Source of the DNA: Escherichia coli
GTDB lineage: Bacteria > Pseudomonadota > Gammaproteobacteria > Enterobacterales > Enterobacteriaceae
DNA: 64,000 nucleotides
Assembly: GCF_024223415.1 (NCBI RefSeq)
Contig: NZ_CP100503.1
Direction: 5' to 3' (one strand)
The notes under the pieces are model-generated. The model did not search any database and was not told the origin of the DNA. It saw only the letters and a program-made list of their open reading frames with translations. Of the stretch, positions 15,238 through 25,967 are shown piece by piece (positions within the stretch are counted from its first letter, which is position 1; the number at the start of each line of letters is the position of its first letter). The translations under genes were made by a program, and so were the position numbers.

Positions 15238-16796
15238 TTCTGCACCTCGCAGCCTTCAATTTCAGCCACAATCGCATCAATATCTTTACGCAATTGGTCG
15301 ATTTTGCTGACCGTGGTTTTCAGCTCTGCATTCAACTCAGCGATATCGATAATTTCGCGAGTATCTTTCGCTTCCACATAGCTGCTCACCGACAGGTTAT
15401 AGTCATTAGCTACAACGGTCTCAAACGCGACAGATTTTGCCAGATGAGCAACATCTTCCTTGCTGGTGAATACCTGCATAATTTGTTCGATATGGGCATC
15501 GGTCAGGATATTGTTGTTGGTCTCTTTTTTGAACAGTTCGCTGGCATCAATAAACTGAACGTTGGTATCCGTTTTATGTTTGGACAGAACCAGAATGTTT
15601 ACGGCAATGGTGGTGCCAAAGAACAGGTTCGGTGCCAGTGAAATCACGGTTTCGACATAGTTATTGTCAACCAGATACTGACGGATTTTCTGCTCCGCGC
15701 CGCCACGGTAAAAAATGCCCGGGAAGCAGACAATCGCAGCACGACCTTTGGCAGAAAGATAGTTCAGCGCATGTAATACAAACGCAAAGTCAGCTTTGGA
15801 TTTGGGGGCCAGAACGCCAGCCGGGGCAAAACGCTCATCGTTAATCAGCGTCGGGTCATCGCTGCCAATCCATTTCACCGAATACGGCGGGTTAGAAACG
15901 ATGGCATCAAACGGTTTTTCATCTCTGAAGTGCGGTTCAGTCAGCGTATTGCCCAGCTTGATATCAAACTTGTCGTAGTTGATGTTGTGCAAAAACATGT
16001 TCATACGTGCCAGGTTATAGGTCGTATGGTTGATTTCCTGTCCGAAAAAGCCTTCTTCAATGATATGGTTATCAAACTGCTTTTTAGCCTGCAACAACAG
16101 CGAACCGGAACCTGCTGCCGGGTCGTAGATTTTGTTAACGTGGGTCTGCCCGTGCATAGCCAGTTGTGCAATCAGCTTAGAGACGTGCTGTGGTGTAAAG
16201 AACTCGCCGCCTGACTTACCGGCATTCGCGGCATAGTTAGAAATCAGAAACTCATAGGCATCGCCAAACAGGTCAATCTGATGTTCGTTAAAGTCGCCAA
16301 GCTTTAATCCTTCAACCCCTTTCAGAACCGCAGCCAGGCGGGCATTTTTATCCTTAACGGTGTTACCCAGGCGGTTACTGGTGGTATCGAAATCAGCAAA
16401 CAAACCTTTGATGTCTGCTTCTGAAGGATAACCGTAAGCAGAACTTTCGATAGCAACGAAGATGCTGTTTAAATCTGCATTCAGTCTGTCATTAGTATTT
16501 GCTTTCGCAGCTACGTTGCAGAAAAGCTGACTTGGGTAGATGAAGTAGCCTTTGGTTTTGATGGCATCGTCTTTAATGTCATCAGTAATTACGCTGTCAT
16601 CCAGTTTCGCATAACAGATACTGTCATCACCGGCTTCAATATAGCTGGAAAAATTTTCGCTGATAAAACGGTAGAAAAGTGCGCCCAGAACGTATTGCTT
16701 AAAATCCCATCCATCGACCGAACCCCTGACATCGTTAGCAATTTGCCAGATTTGACGATGAAGCTCTGCGCGTTGTTGAATACTTGTCATTTTCAT
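15234..16796 (-). CDS. hsdM: Type I R-M N6-adenine DNA methyltransferase M subunit (520 aa)
   Basis: SAM motif [10 protein letters not shown] and catalytic NPPY ([11 protein letters not shown]); N-terminus [25 protein letters not shown] resembles EcoR124-family HsdM as I recall. Confidence 0.85.
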
Positions 16797-16935
16797 CCAC
16801 TTATTTCAGGCTTATGTAATTGGCGGTGATTCTACAGCAACTTGGATGCTTTAGCAGTTCGGACATTAGGCTACGAATGATCTGCCTAGAGGTTTGTTAA
16901 GCCGCAAAGTGCTGGTGCTTTATGCCTGTGAAGTT

Positions 16936-16964
16936 TATAATTGTGTACACATAACGAGTACATG
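16936..16964 (+). promoter_or_regulatory. phd-doc promoter/operator region (TATAAT followed by palindrome TGTGTACACA)
   Basis: -10-like TATAAT directly followed by a 10-bp perfect palindrome and GAGTACAT, about 25 bp upstream of phd ATG; Phd/Doc autoregulate at palindromic operators in P1. Confidence 0.5.
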
Positions 16965-16972
16965 AGGTATTT

Positions 16973-17194
16973 ATGCAATCCATTAACTTCCGTACCGCGC
17001 GCGGCAACCTTTCTGAAGTGCTCAACAATGTTGAGGCCGGGGAAGAGGTTGAAATCACCCGCAGAGGCCGTGAGCCAGCAGTAATTGTCAGCAAGGCTAC
17101 TTTCGAAGCCTACAAAAAAGCGGCGCTGGATGCTGAATTTGCATCCCTGTTTGACACCCTGGACTCCACCAACAAGGAACTGGTTAACCGATAA
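16973..17194 (+). CDS. phd: Antitoxin Phd (73 aa)
   Basis: Sequence [73 protein letters not shown] matches P1 Phd as I recall; ATGA overlap with doc. Confidence 0.9.
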   Translation: MQSINFRTARGNLSEVLNNVEAGEEVEITRRGREPAVIVSKATFEAYKKAALDAEFASLFDTLDSTNKELVNR

Positions 17195-17574
17195 TGAGGC
17201 ATATATCACCGGAAGAACTTATTGCGCTTCATGATGCGAATATAAACCGCTACGGCGGCCTGCCGGGAATGTCAGATCCGGGTAGGGCAGAGGCCATTAT
17301 CGGGAGAGTTCAGGCCAGAGTTGCCTACGAAGAGATCACCGACCTTTTCGAAGTCTCCGCCACCTACCTGGTGGCTACAGCGAGAGGGCATATATTCAAT
17401 GATGCCAATAAGCGTACCGCGCTAAACAGCGCGCTGCTATTTCTACGCCGTAACGGGGTGCAGGTATTTGATTCACCTGAACTGGCAGACCTTACTGTAG
17501 GCGCTGCGACTGGCGAGATATCTGTATCTTCTGTCGCCGACACGTTACGTAGATTGTATGGTTCTGCGGAGTAG
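17194..17574 (+). CDS. doc: Toxin Doc (Fic-fold kinase, 126 aa)
   Basis: Matches P1 Doc ([25 protein letters not shown]...[19 protein letters not shown]...). Confidence 0.9.
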   Translation: MRHISPEELIALHDANINRYGGLPGMSDPGRAEAIIGRVQARVAYEEITDLFEVSATYLVATARGHIFNDANKRTALNSALLFLRRNGVQVFDSPELADLTVGAATGEISVSSVADTLRRLYGSAE

Positions 17575-17758
17575 ATTAATGGCACGCAAATACAACAAAT
17601 TGTCCCGTGAAGCGTTAAAGATGCTTCTTGATGGCGTGAGTCGCCGCGAGGTAAAGCAATACCTGGCTGGTAAGCAAATTGGTGCCAGGACCGCTATTGC
17701 TGTGTTATGCCGTCAGGAAATGGTTGTGCTTAAACAGAGAATGCCGGGCAGCAGATAA
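17558..17758 (+). CDS. Small protein downstream of doc (pdcA-position); start probably at internal Met near 17579
   Basis: ORF in the post-doc position. Confidence 0.35.
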   Translation: MVLRSRLMARKYNKLSREALKMLLDGVSRREVKQYLAGKQIGARTAIAVLCRQEMVVLKQRMPGSR

Positions 17759-17785
17759 AGCCCAATCAGTGATGAAAGGTGTGAT

Positions 17786-18829
17786 GTGAAAGCCGTAATT
17801 ACTCCCTTTGTACAAAAAGAGCTTGGCGTCGCCACATTCAAAGTGGATCAGGAAGTCAGAAAGCTGGTGGAGGCTGGCCGTAAATTTATTATGGAGCCGG
17901 TGCCGCGTGAGTTAATCGAGCACATGGACGACGGCCTCGTTGTTTCCGAGCAAACTATGGCAACAAATGAGGCGTTGCAGCCGTTTTTTAACAGCGATGA
18001 ACTGTTTCGCCGTATTGGTGGAATTGACTCGCTGGTGGCGTGGTTGCGCAGGAAAGAGGGGCAATGCCAGGCCGCAGATCGTAGCTGGTGTGACAACCAT
18101 ATTGTCCACGCTGAACGAGACAATAGCGCGGTGTTGTTGTGCTGGCATCACGATAACCATTACCGGATGCGTGGTTTTAATGAGCTGAAAGAAACGCTGC
18201 ACAATAATCGCGTTAACTGGATACTGGATGTCGCCCGTCAGGAAATGGGGCTTTCAGATGGCCATGATTTAAGTATTCAGGAACTGTGCTGGTGGGCTTT
18301 CATGCGCAACATGATGCACCTGATGCCGGAAGAAGTTTGCCGTATATCAATAAATAAGATGAAAGCCGCAACGCAGGATAGCGGACCTCTGAAAGAGGCG
18401 GATATTCGCCCGTATGACGATCGCGCTACAGCATATGTTCAGATGATGGAAGAACGCGCCGCGCCGATGCGTGCAAAAGTATGCCCTGTGGATGTTGACT
18501 CCGACCCTGGCATGGCGCATTTCAAAATACCAAAACTTCAATCGCTAAAATTGCCCGAGTACATGGACTTTGTGGCTTCCCGTCCATGCTGTGGCTGTGG
18601 AGCTGCGGGAGCTGGCGCTCACATTACGCCTTATATCGTTCGTCATAGTCGATTATGCGCGCATGACATTTATGCTATTCCTCTGTGCCAGTCATGCCAG
18701 CGTGATATTGAGCGTGACCGCGATAATTGGGAGAAGACGCACGGTAGGCTGGCGATGCATCAACGATTGTTCTTTGATTACGCGCTTGGAGTCGGCGCTA
18801 TCACAAGTCATTCGTCGAGCGTTAGATAA
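17786..18829 (+). CDS. Hypothetical protein (347 aa, pdcB-position) with C-terminal Cys-rich segment
   Basis: ORF with GTG start; [12 protein letters not shown]...CQSCQRD cluster. Confidence 0.45.
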   Translation: MKAVITPFVQKELGVATFKVDQEVRKLVEAGRKFIMEPVPRELIEHMDDGLVVSEQTMATNEALQPFFNSDELFRRIGGIDSLVAWLRRKEGQCQAADRSWCDNHIVHAERDNSAVLLCWHHDNHYRMRGFNELKETLHNNRVNWILDVARQEMGLSDGHDLSIQELCWWAFMRNMMHLMPEEVCRISINKMKAATQDSGPLKEADIRPYDDRATAYVQMMEERAAPMRAKVCPVDVDSDPGMAHFKIPKLQSLKLPEYMDFVASRPCCGCGAAGAGAHITPYIVRHSRLCAHDIYAIPLCQSCQRDIERDRDNWEKTHGRLAMHQRLFFDYALGVGAITSHSSSVR

Positions 18830-18830
18830 A

Positions 18831-18847
18831 ATTGCTCTAATGTATTG
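18831..18847 (+). promoter_or_regulatory. C1-operator-like motif ATTGCTCTAATGTATTG upstream of lpa-like gene
   Basis: Partial consensus match about 70 bp upstream of 18918; lpa is C1-controlled in P1. Confidence 0.4.
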
Positions 18848-18917
18848 CTATTTCTTTAATCGAGGGTATTATATCCCACGTTGATTAGTTGACATGGGCT
18901 AATCAGTAGGTGACAGG

Positions 18918-19370
18918 ATGTTACTTAACTGGCAGGGACGCCACTTCATGGAAATAAATCACTCACGAATAACATCGTATGAGATTGCGGATTACATGAT
19001 CCGCACTAAATCTCTTCTATCAGCGAAAGAACTCGCAGCAATCCTTGAAAAGGAATACCCGCATCTGGATGTCGATAAGCGCGATGTTTATCTGCGCTTA
19101 AAGGCTATCGCTGTGTCTAAGTATTCGTCTGTTTTGATTGATGACAGTACACGCCCACGTAGATTTCAGATCCACTCTCTGAATCCTGAATTCTTTCGCC
19201 GCAGCCGCGCGCCGCGCCGGTTTGATGAAAAACTCCAGAACGAACTCTATATGACGCAGGACGAAAAGGAACGCCGGGAGCACCAGCCTTGGGTAATGGC
19301 GCGTCAACTTTTCAATAAGGTGGCCCGTCAGCACCGTCATTACGGTAATGCCACATCCGCACGTATGTGA
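18918..19370 (+). CDS. lpa: Late promoter activator Lpa-like protein (150 aa)
   Basis: Size and position immediately upstream of pacA as in P1; sequence itself not recognised from memory. Confidence 0.45.
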   Translation: MLLNWQGRHFMEINHSRITSYEIADYMIRTKSLLSAKELAAILEKEYPHLDVDKRDVYLRLKAIAVSKYSSVLIDDSTRPRRFQIHSLNPEFFRRSRAPRRFDEKLQNELYMTQDEKERREHQPWVMARQLFNKVARQHRHYGNATSARM

Positions 19371-19455
19371 TTGATTGCTTGCCCGTTCCGGGCCTTTTGA
19401 CATGTGACTTTCGTTACCCTCGCGTCAAAAAGAGTTTTTACGAAAGGAAGCATAA

Positions 19456-20649
19456 GTGACCTGGGACGATCACAAGAAGAATTTTGCTCGCCTGGCGCGA
19501 GATGGTGGTTACACCATCGCACAGTATGCCGCCGAGTTTAATCTTAACCCTAATACTGCACGTCGTTATCTCCGTGCCTTCAAAGAAGACACCAGGACAG
19601 CGGACAGCCGCAAGCCAAATAAGCCAGTCAGGAAGCCACTAAAAAGCATGATCATTGATCACTCTAATGATCAACATGCAGGTGATCACATTGCGGCTGA
19701 AATAGCGGAAAAACAAAGGGTTAATGCCGTTGTCAGTGCCGCAGTCGAGAACGCGAAGCGCCAGAATAAGCGCATAAATGATCGTTCTGATGATCATGAC
19801 GTGATCACCCGCGCCCACCGGACCTTACGTGATCGCCTGGAACGCGACACCCTGGATGATGATGGTGAACGCTTTGAATTCGAAGCTGGCGATTACCTGA
19901 TAGATAACGTTGAAGCGCGGAAGGCCGCTCGCGCTATGTTGCGTCGGTCCGGGGCTGATGTTCTGGAAACCACTCTTCTGGAAAAGTCTCTCTCTCATCT
20001 CCTTATGCTGGAGAACGCCAGGGATACGTGTATTCGCCTGGTGCAGGAAATGCGCGATCAGCAAAAAGACGATGATGAAGGGACTCCGCCTGAATATCGT
20101 ATCGCGAGCATGCTAAACAGCTGTTCCGCGCAGATAAGCAGCCTGATCAACACCATTTACAGCATCCGGAATAACTATCGAAAAGAAAGCCGGGAGGCGG
20201 AAAAGCACGCTTTATCTATGGGGCAAGCTGGCATTGTTAAGCTGGCATACGAACGAAAGCGTGAAAATAACTGGTCAGTGCTGGAAGCAGCTGAATTCAT
20301 CGAGGCGCATGGCGGAAAAGTGCCGCCCCTGATGCTGGAGCAAATCAAAGCCGATCTGCGTGCTCCTAAGACCAATACCGATGATGAGGAAAACCAAACA
20401 GCATCTGGCGCTCCATCACTTGAAGATCTGGATAAAATCGCGCGAGAACGGGCCGCCAGCCGCCGCGCTGATGCCGCATTGTGGATTGAGCATCGTAGAG
20501 AAGAAATTGCCGATATCGTCGATACAGGTGGTTATGGTGATGTCGATGCGGAAGGCATATCAAACGAAGCATGGCTTGAACAGGATCTGGACGAAGACGA
20601 GGAGGAAGACGAAGAAGTTACCCGCAAACTGTACGGGGATGATGATTAA
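19456..20649 (+). CDS. pacA: Pacase (terminase) subunit PacA (397 aa)
   Basis: GTG start; length matches P1 PacA; contains the pac hexamer cluster; acidic C-terminus. Confidence 0.8.
   Translation: MTWDDHKKNFARLARDGGYTIAQYAAEFNLNPNTARRYLRAFKEDTRTADSRKPNKPVRKPLKSMIIDHSNDQHAGDHIAAEIAEKQRVNAVVSAAVENAKRQNKRINDRSDDHDVITRAHRTLRDRLERDTLDDDGERFEFEAGDYLIDNVEARKAARAMLRRSGADVLETTLLEKSLSHLLMLENARDTCIRLVQEMRDQQKDDDEGTPPEYRIASMLNSCSAQISSLINTIYSIRNNYRKESREAEKHALSMGQAGIVKLAYERKRENNWSVLEAAEFIEAHGGKVPPLMLEQIKADLRAPKTNTDDEENQTASGAPSLEDLDKIARERAASRRADAALWIEHRREEIADIVDTGGYGDVDAEGISNEAWLEQDLDEDEEEDEEVTRKLYGDDD
19649..19835 (+). other. pac packaging site: TGATCA/G hexamer repeats (4 left, 3-4 right) with GATC Dam sites
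   Basis: Hexamers at 19649, 19656, 19668, 19683 and 19779, 19791, 19802, 19830 (positions from codon arithmetic); P1 pac architecture. Confidence 0.8.
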
Positions 20650-22133
20650 TGGCCAGAAGTTGCGTAACGGACCCACGTTGGCGCGAGCTTGTGGCGCTAT
20701 ATCGTTATGACTGGATTGCGGCCGCTGATGTGTTGTTTGGGAAGACACCAACCTGGCAGCAGGATGAGATCATTGAGTCCACGCAGCAGGACGGCAGTTG
20801 GACAAGTGTGACCTCCGGCCATGGTACTGGTAAGTCGGATATGACGAGTATCATTGCAATACTCTTCATCATGTTTTTCCCCGGCGCTCGCGTTATTCTG
20901 GTCGCTAACAAAAGACAGCAAGTCCTTGATGGTATTTTCAAATACATAAAGAGCAATTGGGCTACTGCTGTTAGCAGATTCCCGTGGTTGTCGAAGTATT
21001 TCATTCTTACAGAAACGTCTTTTTTTGAGGTGACTGGCAAGGGTGTTTGGACAATATTGATAAAGTCCTGTCGCCCCGGGAATGAGGAGGCGTTGGCTGG
21101 TGAACACGCCGATCATCTCTTGTATATCATCGACGAAGCGTCGGGTGTGAGTGATAAAGCATTCAGTGTGATAACAGGTGCGCTGACCGGTAAGGATAAC
21201 CGTATTCTGCTTCTTTCCCAGCCTACGCGACCTTCAGGCTATTTCTACGATTCACACCACAGACTAGCTATTCGCCCGGGAAATCCTGATGGATTGTTTA
21301 CTGCGATAATACTGAATAGTGAAGAATCTCCGCTTGTAGATGCAAAATTTATACGAGCAAAACTTGCGGAGTATGGCGGTCGTGATAACCCCATGTACAT
21401 GATCAAAGTACGTGGTGAATTTCCCAAATCTCAAGATGGCTTTCTTCTTGGTCGTGATGAGGTTGAGCGGGCGACGCGGCGAAAGGTCAAGATTGCCAAA
21501 GGATGGGGCTGGGTTGCATGTGTTGACGTTGCTGGTGGCACAGGACGAGATAAGTCCGTTATTAATATCATGATGGTGTCCGGCCAGCGAAATAAACGCC
21601 GTGTAATCAACTATCGTATGCTGGAATACACAGACGTTACAGAAACGCAGTTAGCCGCCAAGATTTTCGCAGAATGTAACCCAGAACGGTTCCCGAACAT
21701 AACCATAGCTATTGATGGCGATGGCTTGGGGAAATCGACGGCTGATCTAATGTACGAACGCTATGGCATTACCGTCCAGCGTATCCGCTGGGGTAAAAAG
21801 ATGCACAGCCGTGAAGATAAGAGCCTGTACTTTGATAAGCGTGCTTATGCCAACGTTCAAGCCGCAGAGGCCGTAAAATCTGGTCGTATGAGACTGGATA
21901 AGGGTAATGAAACTATTGAGGAAGCGTCGAAAATCCCTGTAGGGATTAACTCCGCAGGTCAATGGAAGGTGATGAGTAAGGAGGATATGAAGAAAAAACT
22001 CAACCTGCACTCACCAGACCATTGGGATACATATTGTTTCGCTATGCTGGCTGATTATGTTCCCCAGGATGAAGTGCTTAGCGTCGAAGACGAAGCGCAG
22101 GTTGATGAAGCTCTTGCATGGCTTAACGAATAA
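20649..22133 (+). CDS. pacB: Pacase (terminase large) subunit PacB (494 aa)
   Basis: Start overlaps pacA stop; length matches P1 PacB; Walker-A-like GHGTGKS. Confidence 0.8.
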   Translation: MARSCVTDPRWRELVALYRYDWIAAADVLFGKTPTWQQDEIIESTQQDGSWTSVTSGHGTGKSDMTSIIAILFIMFFPGARVILVANKRQQVLDGIFKYIKSNWATAVSRFPWLSKYFILTETSFFEVTGKGVWTILIKSCRPGNEEALAGEHADHLLYIIDEASGVSDKAFSVITGALTGKDNRILLLSQPTRPSGYFYDSHHRLAIRPGNPDGLFTAIILNSEESPLVDAKFIRAKLAEYGGRDNPMYMIKVRGEFPKSQDGFLLGRDEVERATRRKVKIAKGWGWVACVDVAGGTGRDKSVINIMMVSGQRNKRRVINYRMLEYTDVTETQLAAKIFAECNPERFPNITIAIDGDGLGKSTADLMYERYGITVQRIRWGKKMHSREDKSLYFDKRAYANVQAAEAVKSGRMRLDKGNETIEEASKIPVGINSAGQWKVMSKEDMKKKLNLHSPDHWDTYCFAMLADYVPQDEVLSVEDEAQVDEALAWLNE

Positions 22134-22136
22134 ATA

Positions 22137-22153
22137 TTTGCTCTAATAAATTG
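22137..22153 (+). promoter_or_regulatory. C1-operator-like motif TTTGCTCTAATAAATTG (operator of immunity module i)
   Basis: Consensus match just after pacB stop. Confidence 0.5.
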
Positions 22154-22284
22154 TGTTTTTTGACTGCCGATGTTACATTGAACCTGACCTCTTGCGCCTT
22201 GAGGCTTTTTCGGTTTATGCTTATCAGGCACCTCATTAAAACGGGTGCCGGGATTGGCCTCCCGCTTAAGTCTAAGGCGATACA

Positions 22285-22305
22285 GACGCCGCTCGCGTCT
22301 TTTTT
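22285..22305 (+). terminator. Hairpin GACGC-loop-GCGTC followed by T6
   Basis: Stem-loop plus T-run in the leader of immunity module i. Confidence 0.45.
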
Positions 22306-22334
22306 GTATCGGCGTACACGCACACCTCTACAAT

Positions 22335-22410
22335 GGTGGGCTGTATGGGGCTACCTTCGGGTAGGCTGGTTACCTTGGACGCCAGTAAGGCCAACTCCGT
22401 ACAGTCCACC
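22335..22410 (+). ncRNA. c4: c4-like antisense repressor RNA, module i (about 76 nt)
   Basis: Shares scaffold GGTGGG...ATGGGG...TTCGG...CTGGTT-[b']-GCCAGT-[a']-C.CCGT...CCACC with the other two modules; carries CCTTGGAC and GGCCAA complementary to GTCTAAGG (22270, 22452) and ATTGGCC/ATTGGTC (22253, 22420). Confidence 0.55.
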
Positions 22411-22470
22411 GCCAGCAAGATTGGTCTCTTCTGCGGTGGTTACATACCAACGTCTAAGGAGGCTGCCAAT

Positions 22471-22692
22471 ATGGCTACTATCCCTACCCCAACTCATCCT
22501 GAATTTATCTGGCGCTTTTACTCCTGCCAAAAACGTCACTATCACTTCGTTATTGCACCAACAGAAGATGAGGCCCGCTCTCAGCTTCCTGACGCCCCAT
22601 GTATTTTCTCTGCCCGTTTTTCCACTGATTCACGCAATTCTCTCAGTTACTGGTGCCTCCCTGTTAACGCTTCTGCTCAGGAGGGACTATGA
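22471..22692 (+). CDS. icd: Icd-like protein (73 aa), translationally coupled to ant
   Basis: 73-codon ORF (MATIPTPTHPEFIWRFYSCQKRHYHF...) with ATGA overlap to ant; AGGAGG SD. The 119-aa track ORF 22333..22692 is an upstream extension across the RNA gene. Confidence 0.6.
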   Translation: MATIPTPTHPEFIWRFYSCQKRHYHFVIAPTEDEARSQLPDAPCIFSARFSTDSRNSLSYWCLPVNASAQEGL

Positions 22693-23804
22693 GAACGTCA
22701 TTAGTCACCCGTGAAGAGATGATCGAGGCAATTGAACAGCACACTGCCTGTATCAGTACCAGGGATATACCGGGCGTTATTGCCAACTACTTCATGATCA
22801 CCAAACAACTTTACCGGAGAAAGGACAAGAACGCGGTTCACCGCATTCTGCTAACCGATATCCGCGAATACCTGCTCGAACAGGGTCATCTGAATTACGC
22901 AACCGTCGCAGCCGAAACACGCAAGGAGGCACACAGAATGAAAGCAACTAACGTTAAATCAGAAAAAATTCATGCAACTTCAGTTCAGGAATCAGAGCTG
23001 GTGGTTGTTCAGAATCAGTCTGATGAAATTCCCGTTCTGGAATGGCTGGGAGTGCGTGTAGTGACAACCAAGATCCTTGCTAAGGGGTATGGGACCGATG
23101 CGGATAACATCAAGAAGAACTTTTCCCGTAATGCTGAACGTTTTTGTGAAGGCAAGCATTTCTATAAAGTTATTGGAGATGATTTGAACAATTTGCGGGT
23201 GACTTTAAGTAACTCACAAAATCCCATCTCTCCTAAAGCCCGTTCACTCATCCTCTGGACAGAACGCGGCGCTGCCCGTCACGCTAAAATGCTCGAAACC
23301 GATCAGGCATGGGCATTCTTTGAAAAACTGGAAGACAGCTACTTCCGGCAAAAAGAACAGCAACCGGTTGCAATCCCCCAAACATTACCAGAAGCCCTAC
23401 GCCTGGCTGCCGAACTGGCTGAACAAAAGCAGCTTCTGGAACAGAAAGCCCACCAGCTAAATCAGCAGCTGGTGGCCGCCGCTCCTAAGGTCGATTTTGC
23501 CGACCGGGTATCAGTAGCTAAAGGGATCCTGATTGGGAATTTTGCAAAGGTTGTTGGACTTAAGCAAAACGCGCTGTTTGCCTGGTTACGGGAGAACGGC
23601 ATCCTGATAGCGTCCGGTGGACGTAAAAATGTGCCGTTCCAGCAGTACATCAACGCGGGGTATTTCACGGTGAAAGAAGTGGTGCTGGATGATGAAGATG
23701 GCTACCAGATACGGTTGACGCCTCAATTAACGGGTAAAGGCCAGCAGTGGTTGACGCGTAAACTGCTCGATGCTGGCTTGTTAAAACCGGTGGCGGCTGA
23801 ATAA
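22689..23804 (+). CDS. ant: Antirepressor Ant-like protein, paralog i (371 aa; AntA/Bro-N-like central domain, conserved Ant C-terminal domain)
   Basis: Conserved N-terminal 85 aa and C-terminal about 150 aa shared with four other genes in the window; immI-type context. Confidence 0.65.
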   Translation: MRTSLVTREEMIEAIEQHTACISTRDIPGVIANYFMITKQLYRRKDKNAVHRILLTDIREYLLEQGHLNYATVAAETRKEAHRMKATNVKSEKIHATSVQESELVVVQNQSDEIPVLEWLGVRVVTTKILAKGYGTDADNIKKNFSRNAERFCEGKHFYKVIGDDLNNLRVTLSNSQNPISPKARSLILWTERGAARHAKMLETDQAWAFFEKLEDSYFRQKEQQPVAIPQTLPEALRLAAELAEQKQLLEQKAHQLNQQLVAAAPKVDFADRVSVAKGILIGNFAKVVGLKQNALFAWLRENGILIASGGRKNVPFQQYINAGYFTVKEVVLDDEDGYQIRLTPQLTGKGQQWLTRKLLDAGLLKPVAAE

Positions 23805-23836
23805 TGGAAGAATGCCCGGTTGATGCCGGGCATAAT

Positions 23837-24688
23837 TTATTGCGCGCTTTCGGGGTTGTCGTTTACTGGCTGCCCCTTCTTGGTTTTACGGCTGCGCGTA
23901 ACTGATGCGGCTGACTTAACCTTTTTCTCTTCGCGAGTGATGGCAATTTGTTTTTTTACATTTTCAATATCTGCCAGGCGATATATTTTTGCTTGCGGCC
24001 AGCGGTCGCAGATGATCGGTTCTATGGAGTCATAAAGGCTAAATTTTGCTTTTTCGAATTCACCGTTGATGATAATTCCATCACGGAGAGTTTCATCGCA
24101 GATAAACACGCCACACAGTGGCACATGGTAACTCACTGATTTACCGTTATTGTAGTTAGGACTACTGGAGATGTAGTGAACGCGCAGCATTGTTTCGCTA
24201 AAGCCGTGTACGCGCATACGGAATTTTTCATCCTCCGGGTACTGCTTCATTAGCTCTTTTGTTGCTTCCAGGTTCTCTATGTATTTCGCACTGTGCTCAT
24301 TGAACCCCGCGCTTTTTTGGATGCGAATGTCCTTATCAATCAGATGAATAATGCGGCCAGCGGTCATGTTGACGCTGTTTACAGCTTCTGTCTGATAGGT
24401 CGTAACCTTACGCACACCGCGAAGGATGTTAGGCACAGGATATAAAATAGTCTTTGGGATATTGAGGTCTGGGTACTGTTCCAGTTCCCGCGCCATTAAA
24501 GTCCATTTATCAATTTCAGCCTGAATGCTGTCAGTTTCTTTGAACGGTAGAACGACAACCGGGCGTACAGGACGACCGTCGCTGGCTGTATCAACGTGTT
24601 GGGCGCGTGCAACAGCTTTTTTTAGAAAGAGATCCCTGAAGCTGACGAACTCCTGGTACAGTTGTTCGCCGTAGACATAATTTATCAT
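23837..24688 (-). CDS. c1: C1 repressor of lysogeny (283 aa)
   Basis: MINYVYGEQLYQEFVSFRDLFLKKAVARAQHVD... near-identical to P1 C1 as I recall; 283 aa. Confidence 0.92.
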   Translation of the reverse strand: MINYVYGEQLYQEFVSFRDLFLKKAVARAQHVDTASDGRPVRPVVVLPFKETDSIQAEIDKWTLMARELEQYPDLNIPKTILYPVPNILRGVRKVTTYQTEAVNSVNMTAGRIIHLIDKDIRIQKSAGFNEHSAKYIENLEATKELMKQYPEDEKFRMRVHGFSETMLRVHYISSSPNYNNGKSVSYHVPLCGVFICDETLRDGIIINGEFEKAKFSLYDSIEPIICDRWPQAKIYRLADIENVKKQIAITREEKKVKSAASVTRSRKTKKGQPVNDNPESAQ

Positions 24689-24798
24689 TGATCCTCCTCC
24701 AGAATTGACATGGTCAATAACGCCCGGCTGAGAAAACCGGTCATTACTGACCTATATTATAGAGGGATCAAACAAAAATAATAGATTTATTAGTGCAT

Positions 24799-25008
24799 TT
24801 ATTGTGAGTCTAACTGGTTAGTTGCCATGAGATATTCGATTGTGTCAGTGAGGTCATCCAGGTCGTCTTGGGTGATGCGGTACTCCTGATTGGATATCTT
24901 TGAGTAGTGTTCAGCAATGGCGCGGGCAGCGTCGGTTTCGGCAGGGTCTACAGATAAAGCGTTAGAGCAATATCTAACGTCGTCGATGGTTGGTTGAATG
25001 AAAGCCAT
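24799..25008 (-). CDS. coi: C1 inactivator Coi (69 aa)
   Basis: 69-aa ORF immediately upstream of c1 on the same strand, as in P1. Confidence 0.7.
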   Translation of the reverse strand: MAFIQPTIDDVRYCSNALSVDPAETDAARAIAEHYSKISNQEYRITQDDLDDLTDTIEYLMATNQLDSQ

Positions 25009-25247
25009 AATTATGCCTCACTGTATTGACAACACAGAGCCTGAAGCTCTGACCTACTGTTTCACCCATAATCCATGCTGGGGGTAATCTAACAACATTG
25101 CGCTGTGTGTAAGATGAGCAATGCATAGCTGTAATGCCGTTGTATAAGGTTTCCCTGTTTGCTCATTTCCTTCTGAGCCGCTCTACAACGCTGAAGACAC
25201 ATTAAATAGTGAATCCAAAGTCGTATTACGTAACGGCGGCAAAACTA

Positions 25248-25264
25248 TAATTTATTAGAGCAAT
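25248..25264 (-). promoter_or_regulatory. C1-operator-like motif (minus strand ATTGCTCTAATAAATTA) upstream of coi-c1
   Basis: Consensus match; a second site in plus orientation at about 25331-25347. Confidence 0.5.
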
Positions 25265-25390
25265 TGTCAAACAACTATGAAAAACAATCCAGTTTTTGGC
25301 TGGTGGAGTGGGATTTTTCTCTCAAAATTTATTGCTCTAATAGTTCTTGATCTTTATGCGCAGCTGGACGTAAACTGCTCTTCAGACCTA

Positions 25391-25424
25391 ATAACTTCGT
25401 ATAGCAAACATTATACGAAGTTAT
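25391..25424 (+). other. lox recombination site (loxP-like, 13-bp inverted arms, spacer GCAAACAT)
   Basis: ATAACTTCGTATA-GCAAACAT-TATACGAAGTTAT; arms identical to loxP, spacer differs at one position from GCATACAT as I recall it. Confidence 0.85.
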
Positions 25425-25661
25425 CTTAAGGGTTATTGAACATGATTAATTTACCTGTAAATCCATACAGTTCAATACCTTATCAGGTCAAATAGTGATC
25501 ACTTGATCATTTGATCAAGGTTGCGCTACGTAAAATCTGCGAAATGTTGGCAGTGTTTGTGCTCCAGATTTCGCGTAGCGCATATATCCCAAGATGGGAC
25601 TAAAAAGCTTTACCTAATCCCAGAATGGGACTAATATACTTGCCGGGATAAGGAATATGTA

Positions 25662-25964
25662 ATGAAGATTATTTCGGTAAAAACATTGAGGGATTTTTGG
25701 TCTGTGAATCCCGATGCAGAACAACCATTAAAGGCCTGGGTTGACGAAGTCTCCAAGGCCACCTGGAAAAGCCCGGCTGATATCAAAGCGCAGTACCGAT
25801 CTGCCAGCATTCTTAAAAACAGGCGGGTTGTCTTCAACATCAAAGGTAATGACTACAGATTAATTGTTGCAATTGCTTATCAGCGAGGATGGATGTTCGT
25901 TAAGTTTATTGGAACACATAAGGAATACGATGCCATCGACGCGGATACAATAGAGCTGGAGTAA
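25662..25964 (+). CDS. higB: HigB-like RelE/ParE-superfamily toxin (100 aa)
   Basis: Small basic protein (…KGNDYRLIVAIAYQRGWMFVKFIGTHKEYD) upstream of an HTH antitoxin; toxin-first order typical of HigBA. Confidence 0.6.
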   Translation: MKIISVKTLRDFWSVNPDAEQPLKAWVDEVSKATWKSPADIKAQYRSASILKNRRVVFNIKGNDYRLIVAIAYQRGWMFVKFIGTHKEYDAIDADTIELE

Positions 25965-25967
25965 ATC

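Noticed and set aside
22335-22410. Possible tRNA gene (acceptor-like stem plus GCCA end)
   Set aside because: No D-arm or T-loop consensus; shares its scaffold with the two other c4-like RNAs, so treated as c4-type antisense RNA.
22333-22692. 119-aa ORF upstream of ant paralog i
   Set aside because: Its 5' part runs across the structured c4-like RNA region; the conserved 73-codon icd frame starting at 22471 is the better call.
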